This document shows positions 18,360-25,831 of a stretch of DNA of 37,592 nt, piece after piece. The stretch comes from a virus. How positions within the stretch are numbered: position 1 is the stretch's first letter; every line of letters starts with the position of its first letter. Where the stretch lies: positions 1 to 37,592 of the IMG/VR virus record IMGVR_UViG_3300045988_073962. One strand, given 5' to 3'. The position numbers and the translations under genes were made by a program. The notes under the pieces are model-generated. The model saw only the letters and a list, made by a program, of their open reading frames with translations. It had not been told where the DNA came from and ran no database searches.

Positions 18360-18463
18360 CCCCGAACGCCGGCAACGCGAACAACGCGCGGAATGTCAAC
18401 ACCGACGGCAGTCTGAACAACAACAACGCCTGGAATGGCAACAACGGCGTCCGGCCGGATTTG
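18360..18463 (+). repeat. DGR template repeat (TR)
   Basis: A non-coding 104-bp segment between avd and the RT. It aligns without gaps to 20343-20446 and 32944-33046. Its 30 adenines sit mostly in AAC/AAT triplets, and the differences to both copies fall almost only on those adenines. Confidence 0.92.
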
Positions 18464-18627
18464 GTGGAAAACGTGACCGAGTAGGGCGACGAACCTGAAA
18501 GCAGAGGACCCCAACAAAGGAGGCCGTATCCTTCCCGACGCCGGAAAGGCCAGGGTAAACACATGACCGTCGACGCGAGGGCTTCGGCTACGACGCCCAG
18601 ACTATAAGCGACGGGGAGGTTTTTATT

Positions 18628-19758
18628 ATGAAAAGCGAAGTCACACAGACACCGCCTTCCGACTTCGCTGTCATGTCCGACTTCAACAACCTGTATCAGT
18701 CCTACCTGGACGCCCGGAAAGGGAAACGCTGGAAAATGGCGGTCGTCCGCTACGAAGTGAACGCGCTGGAAAACACCATGTTCCTTCACTATATGCTGAC
18801 ATCGAAGAAATACCGCCCTTCTCCATACAACACGTTTCTGATCCATGAACCGAAGGAAAGGGTGATCATGTATAACGGATTCAAGGACAAGATCGTCCAG
18901 CATAGCCTGTGCGACTATGTCCTGGGACCCGCGCTGTCGAAGTCGTTCATATATGACAATTACGCCAGTCAGGAAGGCAAAGGAACACACTTCGGCCTTG
19001 ACCGCCTGAAATATTTCATGCAGAAGTATTACAGGCAGAACGGGCCGGCCGGCTGGGTATTGAAATGCGATATAACAAAGTATTTCTACCGTATCAATCA
19101 CGACGTTTTGAAGTCACAGCTTCGTCGGCTGATCCACGATCCCGACGTCCTGTGGCTTCTTGATTTGATCATAGATTCCACCGAAGGAACGGGAATCCCG
19201 ATCGGAAATCACACTTCACAGTGGTTCGCGGTCCTGTACCTGTCCGGAATGGACCACATGATCAAAGAACGCCTGGGAATCAAGTTCTATGGCCGCTACA
19301 TGGACGACTTCTATTTGATTCACCAGGACAAGGACTATTTGATCTATTGCCTGGAAGAAATCAAGAAGTATCTGGTCCCCCTGGGCCTGGAACTAAATCA
19401 CAAAACCGCGATCTTCCCGCTGTCCCAGGGGATCGACTTCCTGGGATTCAGGACGTACATGACGGACAGTGGGAAGGTCGTCCGAAAAATACGCCGCGAC
19501 AGCAAGAACCGGATCAGGCGGAAATTGAAGAAGTTCCGTCACCTTTTGGACGAAGGCCGGATCACCTTCGACACGGTGGTCCAGTCCTATTCGTCATGGA
19601 CCGGTCACGCCGGCCACGGCAACAGTCACCACCTGATCAGGCAGATGGACGAACTGTTCTTCGACCTGTTCAAAAAAGAATTGGAGGAATACCATGTCAA
19701 AACGAATGTCGACGTTACCCGTTGGCGCGATCGTGAAGTCGGTCAATACGAAGTATAA
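18628..19758 (+). CDS. DGR reverse transcriptase
   Basis: 376 aa. It has the YMDD catalytic box (FYGRYMDDFYLIH) and the DGR-type motif 4 (IPIGNHTSQWFAVLYL). It sits next to Avd and the TR, with RBS GGGGAGG. Confidence 0.92.
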   Translation: MKSEVTQTPPSDFAVMSDFNNLYQSYLDARKGKRWKMAVVRYEVNALENTMFLHYMLTSKKYRPSPYNTFLIHEPKERVIMYNGFKDKIVQHSLCDYVLGPALSKSFIYDNYASQEGKGTHFGLDRLKYFMQKYYRQNGPAGWVLKCDITKYFYRINHDVLKSQLRRLIHDPDVLWLLDLIIDSTEGTGIPIGNHTSQWFAVLYLSGMDHMIKERLGIKFYGRYMDDFYLIHQDKDYLIYCLEEIKKYLVPLGLELNHKTAIFPLSQGIDFLGFRTYMTDSGKVVRKIRRDSKNRIRRKLKKFRHLLDEGRITFDTVVQSYSSWTGHAGHGNSHHLIRQMDELFFDLFKKELEEYHVKTNVDVTRWRDREVGQYEV

Positions 19759-21400
19759 CGGCGCTGTGATCCGCTTCGTTATTGGCCGCCAGGCTTCCGA
19801 TCGTGTCGGTCTGGTGACGGAAAAGATCATCACCCTGAAAGCCTTCGACGCGAAGGAGCCTTCCAACAGCAACAGCGACCGGAAGAATTACGGCAACAAC
19901 CGCGCCAGCGTGTCGAACATTCTTCTGTGGCTGAACAGCGCGGCGGCCGCCGGCGGCTGGTACACGGCCCAGCACAGCGCCGACGCCCCGCCCACGAACG
20001 CGAATGTCTGGTCCAACTATAACGAGTACGACCAGGAAGCCGGCTTCCTTTCCTTCTTTGAAGCGGACTTCCGGAACGCCCTTCTGGACGACACGATCAC
20101 CGTCGCGAAAAATACCGTCACCGACGGCGGCGGTTCAGAGCAGATCACGCGGAAGGTCCGCCTTCTGACCGAAACGGAAGTCGGCCTGGGCAACGAAAAC
20201 GGGATCGTCGAGGGGACCCAGTGGCCCCTGTTTACCGACGCAAACAGCCGGAAAGCATACCCGACGGCCGAAGCGGTCAGCAAGTCCGAATATACCAGTT
20301 CGAGCCTGAACGCTTCGTCCCCCTGGTGGTGGTGGCTTCTGACCCCGAACGCCGGCAACGCGTACAACGCGCGGCATGTCAACCTCGGCGGCAGTCTGAG
20401 CAACGACGGCGCCTGGGATGGCAACGGCGGCGTCCGGCCGGCTTTGTTTTTGGCCCCTGATACTCTGGTATCTGATACAACAGACACAGACGGGGCCTAT
20501 ATCATTCAGTGGAATCAACCGCCGACCACCCCTTCGAGTATTTCCCACGCGACCCCCCAGGCGGGAAAATCCCTGACGATCACGACCGGCGGGTCCACCG
20601 ATCCGGAAGGAAACGCGATCCAGTACGTCTGGGAACGCCGGGTCGATTCCGGAAACTATATCCAGATCGGGATCACAACGGCGAAGACGATCACCGACAC
20701 CGTCCCGACGTCCGGGACGAACTACCAGGTCCGCGTGAAAGCCGTTGACGCAAACGGCGCGGAATCGGCGTACAAAACCGGAACGGCCACGGCCATTTCC
20801 TACAACACCGCCCCCGTGATCAGTGGAAGCAATCAGAACGTCGGAGCGAAGACGGCCCCGCTGACCTATAACTACACGGTCACAGACGCCGAAGCGTCGT
20901 CCCAGACCTTGACCGTCACGGAAACCGTGACCAACGGGTCCGAAACAATCACCCTTCGCCAGTACACGGCCACAAGCGGCGCCCAGAACACGGCGGACCT
21001 GACGTCTGTGTGGCTTCGCCTTCTGGCCGGGACCCATGTCCTGAAAATCGTCGCTTCCGACGGCGTGGGCGGGACGGCCACACGACAGATCACATTCAGC
21101 CGGACCGTGAACAGGATCGCCGCGTCCCGCGCGATCAGTACCGACGCTATGGTGACGAAGGTCTTCCTGTCCCTGTACCCGGCGGACATTCCGGCCGACG
21201 CGGTCCTTCACTGTGAGGTCACGAACAACCCGTTCGACACGACCCCCGTCTGGGAAGATATTTCTTCCAAAGTCGGCCGCTTCGTCCACATTTTCCAGAA
21301 CACCACCGCCGCGAGGGGCTACGGCCTGGCCTACCGCTTCACGATCACGAAGGGGAATCAAACGGCCGAGGTCGTCCAGGCGACGGTCCGGTTCGCGTAA
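19694..21400 (+). CDS. DGR target protein 1 (N-terminal lectin-like variable domain, C-terminal FN3/Ig-like domains)
   Basis: 568 aa, with RBS GGAGGA 5 nt before ATG 19694. It contains VR1 (aa ~217-251, WWWWLLTPNAGNAYNARHVNLGGSLSNDGAWDGNGGVRPALFL), followed by FN3-like sequence (..YQVRVKAVDANGAESAY..). Confidence 0.88.
   Translation: MSKRMSTLPVGAIVKSVNTKYNGAVIRFVIGRQASDRVGLVTEKIITLKAFDAKEPSNSNSDRKNYGNNRASVSNILLWLNSAAAAGGWYTAQHSADAPPTNANVWSNYNEYDQEAGFLSFFEADFRNALLDDTITVAKNTVTDGGGSEQITRKVRLLTETEVGLGNENGIVEGTQWPLFTDANSRKAYPTAEAVSKSEYTSSSLNASSPWWWWLLTPNAGNAYNARHVNLGGSLSNDGAWDGNGGVRPALFLAPDTLVSDTTDTDGAYIIQWNQPPTTPSSISHATPQAGKSLTITTGGSTDPEGNAIQYVWERRVDSGNYIQIGITTAKTITDTVPTSGTNYQVRVKAVDANGAESAYKTGTATAISYNTAPVISGSNQNVGAKTAPLTYNYTVTDAEASSQTLTVTETVTNGSETITLRQYTATSGAQNTADLTSVWLRLLAGTHVLKIVASDGVGGTATRQITFSRTVNRIAASRAISTDAMVTKVFLSLYPADIPADAVLHCEVTNNPFDTTPVWEDISSKVGRFVHIFQNTTAARGYGLAYRFTITKGNQTAEVVQATVRFA
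20343..20446 (+). repeat. DGR variable repeat 1 (VR1)
   Basis: Gap-free alignment to the TR (offset 1983) gives 13 differences. Twelve are at TR adenines and one is at TR C18402. Confidence 0.92.
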
Positions 21401-21414
21401 AGGAGGGATTCACC

Positions 21415-21882
21415 ATGTTCAACCCTGAAACCTGTGACCACGTCAGCATGAAGGACGCCCAGGAGAAGGAGCGCCAGAACCCGGCGGCCCAGGCCGCCAG
21501 GGCCGCGTCGATCGCCTTCGTGTCCCTGGCCGAATCCGGCCAGATCGACGACGTCACGGCCACGGAAAACGTCAGTCAGTTCAGCCCGTGGGCCTACCCT
21601 GTCGCCTACAAGGCCGGGAATATCCGGGAGTTCGGCGGCGAACTGTTCCGCTGTGTCCAGGATCACACGTCACAAGCGGACTGGACCCCGACGGCGGCCG
21701 CGTCCCTGTGGACGAAGATCGGGGACCCCGGCGAGGAATGGCCGGCCTGGTCACAGCCTGTCGGCGCACACGACGCCTACAACGCCGGCGACAAAGTGTC
21801 CCACAACGGGAAACACTGGTCTTCGGACCTGGACGCGAACGTCTGGGAACCCGGCGTCTACGGCTGGACCGAACAGAACTAA
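21415..21882 (+). CDS. Carbohydrate-binding (CBM5/12-like) protein
   Basis: Two repeats of the aromatic pattern [31 protein letters not shown] and [31 protein letters not shown], typical of chitin-binding type-3 / CBM5_12 modules. Confidence 0.65.
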   Translation: MFNPETCDHVSMKDAQEKERQNPAAQAARAASIAFVSLAESGQIDDVTATENVSQFSPWAYPVAYKAGNIREFGGELFRCVQDHTSQADWTPTAAASLWTKIGDPGEEWPAWSQPVGAHDAYNAGDKVSHNGKHWSSDLDANVWEPGVYGWTEQN

Positions 21883-21887
21883 ATCAC

Positions 21888-21918
21888 GAAGGGCGGGGAG
21901 AAGTCCCCGCCCTTCTTT
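21888..21918 (+). terminator. Rho-independent terminator
   Basis: Perfect 12-bp stem gaagggcgggga-gaag-tccccgcccttc followed by TTT. Confidence 0.8.
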
Positions 21919-21941
21919 ATGCACAGGAAGGAGAAAAGACC

Positions 21942-23306
21942 ATGAACGAACAACAGCTTCGCCAGAAGGTCGTCGAGATTGCGAAGGGCTATGTCGGCGT
22001 CAAAGAAGGAACCGCCGCCCACCGGAAGATCGTCGACCTATACAACAGTCACAAGCCCCTGGCGCGTGGCTATCCCTTGAAGTACACTGACGCCTGGTGT
22101 TCCGGCTTCGCGTCCGCTGTGGCGATCCAGGCCGACCTGACGGACATCATTCCGACGGAAGTCGGGTGTGGAAAACATATCGCCCTATTCCAGAAGATCG
22201 GGCGCTGGGTCGAAAATGACGCCTACGTCCCGGAGCCTGGCGACTATATCTTCTACGACTGGGACGACGGGTCCAACTATAAGACCACCGACAACACGGC
22301 CGCCCCGGATCACGTCGGGATCGTGTGTGAGGTCAGCGGCGGGAAGATCACCGTCGTCGAAGGAAACAAGAACAATGCCGTCGGCTTCCGGACCCTGGAC
22401 GTGAACGGCCGCTATATTCGCGGCTTCGGCGTCCCTGACTACGCCGCAAAGGCGGACAAGGCCGCCGTGACGGCCACAAAAGGGACCGCCGCCCAGAAGT
22501 CCTTCATCAACAAGATCGGCCCCCTGGCGGCCGCCGACATGAAGAAGAATGGGATTCTGGCGTCCCTGACGATCGCCCAGGCGATCCTTGAATCCGGCTG
22601 GGGGAAGTCCGGTCTGACCACGGCCGCGAATAACCTGTTCGGGATCAAGGGGACCTATAACGGCCAGGGCTACACCTGCAAGACCCAGGAATGGGACGGG
22701 TCGAAGTATGTGACCGTGGACGCCACGTTCCGGAAATATCCGTCCTGGGCGGAATCCCTGGCGGATCATTCCGCCCTGTTCAACCGCCTGGACCGTTACA
22801 AAAACCTTCGCGGTCTGACCGACTATAAACTGGCCTGTCGGTATGTCCGCGAAGACGGCTACGCCACGGACCCGAACTATACGGCGAAGCTGGTCAGCCT
22901 GATCGAAACCTATGACCTGACGATCTGGGACGGAACCGGCGCGGCCGCCGGCGGGAAGCCCCAGGGGGACGGACAGGCGTTCGGCGGAAAGGTCTACACC
23001 GTCAAGGCCGGCGACACCCTGTCCGGGATCGCGGCGAAGTACGGGACCACCTACCAGGCAATCGCCGCCTATAACGGGATCAAGAACCCGAACCTGATCT
23101 TCGTCGGCCAGAAAATCAAGATTCCGGCCGGCAACGCCGGCGCCCAGACGGCGCCGAAAATCTACACGGTGAAAAAGGGGGACAGTCTGTGGGCGATCGC
23201 GGCTTCACAGCTTGGAAGCGGTTCGCGCTGGCCGGAAATCCAAAAGCTGAACGGCCTGACGTCCACGACTATCTACGCGGGGCAAAAATTAAAGATTCCG
23301 GACTGA
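21942..23306 (+). CDS. Endolysin: CHAP/NlpC-P60-like + glucosaminidase + 2x LysM
   Basis: ATG 21942 follows GGAAGGAGAA. It has an N-terminal Cys/His pair (DAWCSGFAS ... PDHVGIV), a central [15 protein letters not shown]...NNLFGIK...YATDPNY glucosaminidase signature, and two C-terminal LysM repeats ([13 protein letters not shown].., [13 protein letters not shown]..). The upstream part of ORF 21588-23306 is an artefact. Confidence 0.9.
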   Translation: MNEQQLRQKVVEIAKGYVGVKEGTAAHRKIVDLYNSHKPLARGYPLKYTDAWCSGFASAVAIQADLTDIIPTEVGCGKHIALFQKIGRWVENDAYVPEPGDYIFYDWDDGSNYKTTDNTAAPDHVGIVCEVSGGKITVVEGNKNNAVGFRTLDVNGRYIRGFGVPDYAAKADKAAVTATKGTAAQKSFINKIGPLAAADMKKNGILASLTIAQAILESGWGKSGLTTAANNLFGIKGTYNGQGYTCKTQEWDGSKYVTVDATFRKYPSWAESLADHSALFNRLDRYKNLRGLTDYKLACRYVREDGYATDPNYTAKLVSLIETYDLTIWDGTGAAAGGKPQGDGQAFGGKVYTVKAGDTLSGIAAKYGTTYQAIAAYNGIKNPNLIFVGQKIKIPAGNAGAQTAPKIYTVKKGDSLWAIAASQLGSGSRWPEIQKLNGLTSTTIYAGQKLKIPD

Positions 23307-23329
23307 TCCGGAAGGAAAGAAGGTTTAGT

Positions 23330-23827
23330 ATGGATCATATAAACACTTTGAAGGCGGCCGTTGTTGCGTTCTTCGGAACGCTGACGGCGGCCTTCGGCTG
23401 GTTCGGCTGGCTGGTAATCATGTTCTTTTTGTGTATGGCGATCGACTACCTGACCGGGACGGCGGCTGCTATGCAGAAAGGCGAATGGTCTTCGGCGGTC
23501 GCCAGGGCCGGCCTGTGGCATAAATGCGGATCGCTGATCGCGGTCATTGTGTCCGGCCTGGCCGACATCGTCGTCGGCCTGGTGGTCAACAATATTCCGG
23601 CGATCACCCTTCCCTTCGACTATACGGTCTTAATTTGCCCGATCGTGGTCGTGTGGTACATTCTGACGGAACTGGGAAGCATTACGGAGAACGCCGGCGA
23701 ACTGGGCGCCCCTATCCCGAAGTTCCTGAAACAGATGATTGAAGTGTTGAAGGACGTCACCGACGCCACGGGCGACAAGCTGTCCAACGACGGCCGCGAC
23801 GACCATGAAAACACCGGCCAGGAATAA
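23330..23827 (+). CDS. Holin (phage_holin_4 / LL-H-like)
   Basis: 165 aa starting at ATG 23330. It has several TM helices and the motif CMAIDYLTGTAAA ... YILTELGSITENAGELG typical of this holin family, and it is adjacent to the endolysin. Confidence 0.85.
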   Translation: MDHINTLKAAVVAFFGTLTAAFGWFGWLVIMFFLCMAIDYLTGTAAAMQKGEWSSAVARAGLWHKCGSLIAVIVSGLADIVVGLVVNNIPAITLPFDYTVLICPIVVVWYILTELGSITENAGELGAPIPKFLKQMIEVLKDVTDATGDKLSNDGRDDHENTGQE

Positions 23828-23846
23828 ACCCCAGAAACAGCGCAAA

Positions 23847-23868
23847 GGGGGCGGGGCAACCCGCCCCC
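23847..23868. other. GC-rich hairpin (9-bp stem, GCAA loop) after the holin gene, with no T-tract
   Basis: gggggcggg-gcaa-cccgccccc. It lacks a U-run, so its terminator function is uncertain. Confidence 0.4.
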
Positions 23869-23895
23869 AGTCCTACCGGAAAGGGGTGACGAACT

Positions 23896-24381
23896 ATGGC
23901 GGTTCACAAAAAGGACCTGGCCCTGTTCACGGCCCAACTGCAAGCCCTGAAAGATGATATTCCGGAAATCATGGACACGATCGCCGTCGGCGAAGGCGTC
24001 TACGCCGTAAAACAGGCCCGGCTGATCTGCAAGAACGATTCCCCGGACATCGTCAACACCGGCGACTATCGGCGGAACTGGAAAAGCGACAGGCGGGCGC
24101 GTCGGAGCGGGAAGAAGTACATTATCCGGTTTTATAATCCGCTGGACTATGCCGGCCACCTGGAACACGGATTCCGAAGTCACTTCGTCCCTGGTCACTG
24201 GGAAGGCTTCACCTTCGTATATAGCCGGGACGATCCGGAAGGCGGAATGTTCGTCGGCCCGAAGGGCGGCTATGTGCGCGGCCATTTCACCATGAAACGG
24301 GCCGTCAAGCGGACCCTGGACACCCAACAGGCCAGAGTGACCCGGAAGATCGACAGGGCCATAAACAACCGCATGAAATGA
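23896..24381 (+). CDS. HK97 gp10-family tail-completion/neck protein (displaced from the structural module)
   Basis: 161 aa. The motifs IVNTGDYRRNW ... YNPLDYAGHLEHGF match the gp10-family TG-L/Y...YA..vE.G pattern. Confidence 0.6.
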   Translation: MAVHKKDLALFTAQLQALKDDIPEIMDTIAVGEGVYAVKQARLICKNDSPDIVNTGDYRRNWKSDRRARRSGKKYIIRFYNPLDYAGHLEHGFRSHFVPGHWEGFTFVYSRDDPEGGMFVGPKGGYVRGHFTMKRAVKRTLDTQQARVTRKIDRAINNRMK

Positions 24382-24383
24382 AG

Positions 24384-24416
24384 AAGGCGGACGGGAAACC
24401 CCGTCCGCCTTTTTTC
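24384..24416. terminator. Terminator hairpin between convergent genes
   Basis: aaggcggacggg-aaac-cccgtccgcctt (12-bp stem) followed by TTTTCT on the + strand. It sits between the + strand gp10-like gene and the minus-strand gene. Confidence 0.8.
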
Positions 24417-25072
24417 TATTTTCTGACGACCATGTCAAGGGCCTTCGCGAAGTGACCCTGGCGTTCCACGGTCAGGCGATAGGTCTTCGCCCCGGCCTGG
24501 ATCATAAGCCGATCGCCTTCCGGCGTAATCGCCGAAATGGCGTCCAGTTTACAGTCGAAGCCGTTCTGTTTCGCCAGGAAAACGACCCGCCTGTTTGTCA
24601 GGATCACCTGTCCGACGAAGGAATCCGTGACGTCATTGTAGACCGTCTGACTGGCCCCGCCGCCGGTCCGGAGCGACACGCCCTTCGCCACGCGGACGCT
24701 GACGCCGCCGCCCGAGCCGGTCCGGCCGACCGCCTTCGTCTTCGTGATATAGCGCCGCGCCGGCCCGAAGAAGTGGGCGACTTCGCCTTCACCCAGGACA
24801 ACCGGAACGCCAGGCAGAACCGGAAGAACGCCGGCCTGAATCTGTTCAAGTTCCTGATCGGTCATAAATACCTGTTGCGTGGCGGCGCGCTTCGCCTTCT
24901 TCCTGGCGCCGGCCTTCGCGCCGCGCCAGAAGCACAGAACCGCCAGAAGGACAAAGATCAGGGTGATCACCCATTCGATCCCCGTCTTATATTCGGCCGC
25001 CGTGGTCAGCGTGATCAGCGCGGCCAGGACGGCCAGGATCGCAGAAAGGACCCCGCCTATTTTCCACACCAT
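24416..25072 (-). CDS. Membrane-anchored protein with a C-terminal bacterial PH-like (YokE/bPH-type) domain
   Basis: This is the only convincing minus-strand gene. It has two N-terminal TM helices (IGGVLSAILAVLAALITL, WVITLIFVLLAVLCFW), a Lys/Ala linker, and a beta-rich C-terminus with GQVILTNRRVVFLAK...LMIQAGAKTYRL. A terminator lies at its 3' end. Confidence 0.7.
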   Translation of the reverse strand: MVWKIGGVLSAILAVLAALITLTTAAEYKTGIEWVITLIFVLLAVLCFWRGAKAGARKKAKRAATQQVFMTDQELEQIQAGVLPVLPGVPVVLGEGEVAHFFGPARRYITKTKAVGRTGSGGGVSVRVAKGVSLRTGGGASQTVYNDVTDSFVGQVILTNRRVVFLAKQNGFDCKLDAISAITPEGDRLMIQAGAKTYRLTVERQGHFAKALDMVVRK

Positions 25073-25171
25073 GTATTAACCCCCTATCTGAATTATTTTG
25101 AAGTTATGGTTCATATCCATGATTATAATTCGCCTTTCATGGTAATGTCAAGTAAACTACTGAATATACCC

Positions 25172-25438
25172 ATGAAAGAAGGCGAAAAAGTGAAGAAGCT
25201 GGAATACCTGGGCCGGCGGAATATCTGTGGGGAGCGTGTCAGGAAGGAGCGCGTCACCCGGCGCTTATCACAGGAACGCCTGGCGGCAAAAATGCAAATG
25301 CGCGGCGTCGAGATTGAACAGGACGCGATCAGCCGCGTCGAAGCTGGGGAACGTCTGGTCACAGACTACGAACTTCGCGCCTTCGCGGCGATCTTTGAAG
25401 TCCCCGTCGAAAGTCTTATGGACCCGGAACCCTTTTGA
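25172..25438 (+). CDS. XRE-family HTH transcriptional regulator (repressor-like)
   Basis: The segment GERVRKERVTRRLSQERLAAKMQMRGVEIEQDAISRVEAGERLVTDYELRAFAAIFEVPVESL is a classic HTH_3 domain. The start is uncertain (ATG 25139 or 25172, or GTG 25190). The long ORF 24452-25438 upstream is antisense noise. Confidence 0.8.
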   Translation: MKEGEKVKKLEYLGRRNICGERVRKERVTRRLSQERLAAKMQMRGVEIEQDAISRVEAGERLVTDYELRAFAAIFEVPVESLMDPEPF

Positions 25439-25472
25439 TCCCACGGACAGGAAAGTTCGTGGGATTTTTTTC
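25438..25472 (+). terminator. Rho-independent terminator
   Basis: atcccacg-(12-nt loop)-cgtgggat followed by T7. Confidence 0.75.
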
Positions 25473-25483
25473 ATTTTCCCCCC

Positions 25484-25512
25484 TTGACATTACGCCCCAG
25501 AAGGCGTAATAT
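25484..25512 (+). promoter_or_regulatory. Sigma-A/70-type promoter TTGACA-17-TAATAT with an embedded 8-6-8 palindromic operator
   Basis: The -35 TTGACA is at 25484-25489 and the -10 TAATAT at 25507-25512. The inverted repeat attacgcc-ccagaa-ggcgtaat (25489-25510) fills the spacer. Confidence 0.7.
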
Positions 25513-25543
25513 AAGAACAGAAAACAGGAAGGCGGCGATCACC

Positions 25544-25756
25544 ATGAAATCAGGAAGCACGAAGAACACGACCAAAGTCGCGCGTTTGCGTTGCGAAAGG
25601 GGGCTGACGCAAGCCGCCCTTGCGAAAGGAACCGGCGTCAATATCCGGACGATCCAGAAGTTTGAGAACGGCGAACGCGGGATCGAAACCGCGTCCCTGG
25701 CCGTGGCCCTTCGGATAGCCGACTTCCTGGGCGTTCACCCGCGTGAACTGATCTGA
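25544..25756 (+). CDS. XRE-family HTH regulator (Cro-like, 70 aa)
   Basis: ATG 25544 follows CAGGAAGG. The segment RLRCERGLTQAALAKGTGVNIRTIQKFENGERGIETASLAVALRIADFLGVHPRELI is an HTH_3 domain. Confidence 0.8.
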   Translation: MKSGSTKNTTKVARLRCERGLTQAALAKGTGVNIRTIQKFENGERGIETASLAVALRIADFLGVHPRELI

Positions 25757-25768
25757 CAACGCGACGAA

Positions 25769-25809
25769 GCCCCCGTCCCTTGCCAAAAGGCAAAGGCGGG
25801 GGCCTTTTT
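25769..25809 (+). terminator. Long imperfect hairpin plus T-tract (terminator; also a near-palindrome upstream of the transposase gene)
   Basis: gcccccgtcccttgcc-aaaa-ggcaaaggcgggggc followed by CTTTTTC. Confidence 0.7.
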
Positions 25810-25831
25810 CTGTTCTATGGGAGGAATTACA

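Noticed and set aside
18628-19758. Alternative identities for the RT (retron, group II intron, Abi-type defence RT)
   Set aside because: No intron RNA domains, maturase/endonuclease extension or msr/msd-like repeats were seen. Instead an Avd gene and a TR with two adenine-mismatched VRs flank it, and the IGNHTSQ motif is DGR-typical.
20458-20471. Short hairpins just downstream of VR1 (gatac-tctg-gtatc) and of VR2 (cctgt-N7-acagg, about 33067-33083) as DGR target-recognition cruciforms
   Set aside because: They have only 5-bp stems, are AT-rich or have large loops, and are not similar to each other. That is too weak to claim the GC-rich hairpin described for BPP-1-type DGRs.
21588-21941. N-terminal extension of the endolysin ORF (21588-23306), plus the overlapping ORFs 21653-22090 and 19221-19736
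   Set aside because: The extension overlaps the CBM-like gene and crosses a perfect terminator hairpin. The real start is ATG 21942 with a GGAAGGAG RBS. The other ORFs are alternative frames of well-supported genes.
24452-25171. Upstream 240 codons of the + strand ORF 24452-25438
   Set aside because: This part is antisense to the well-supported membrane/PH-domain gene and is Arg/Pro-rich. Only the last ~88 codons (XRE HTH domain, from about 25172) look like a real gene.
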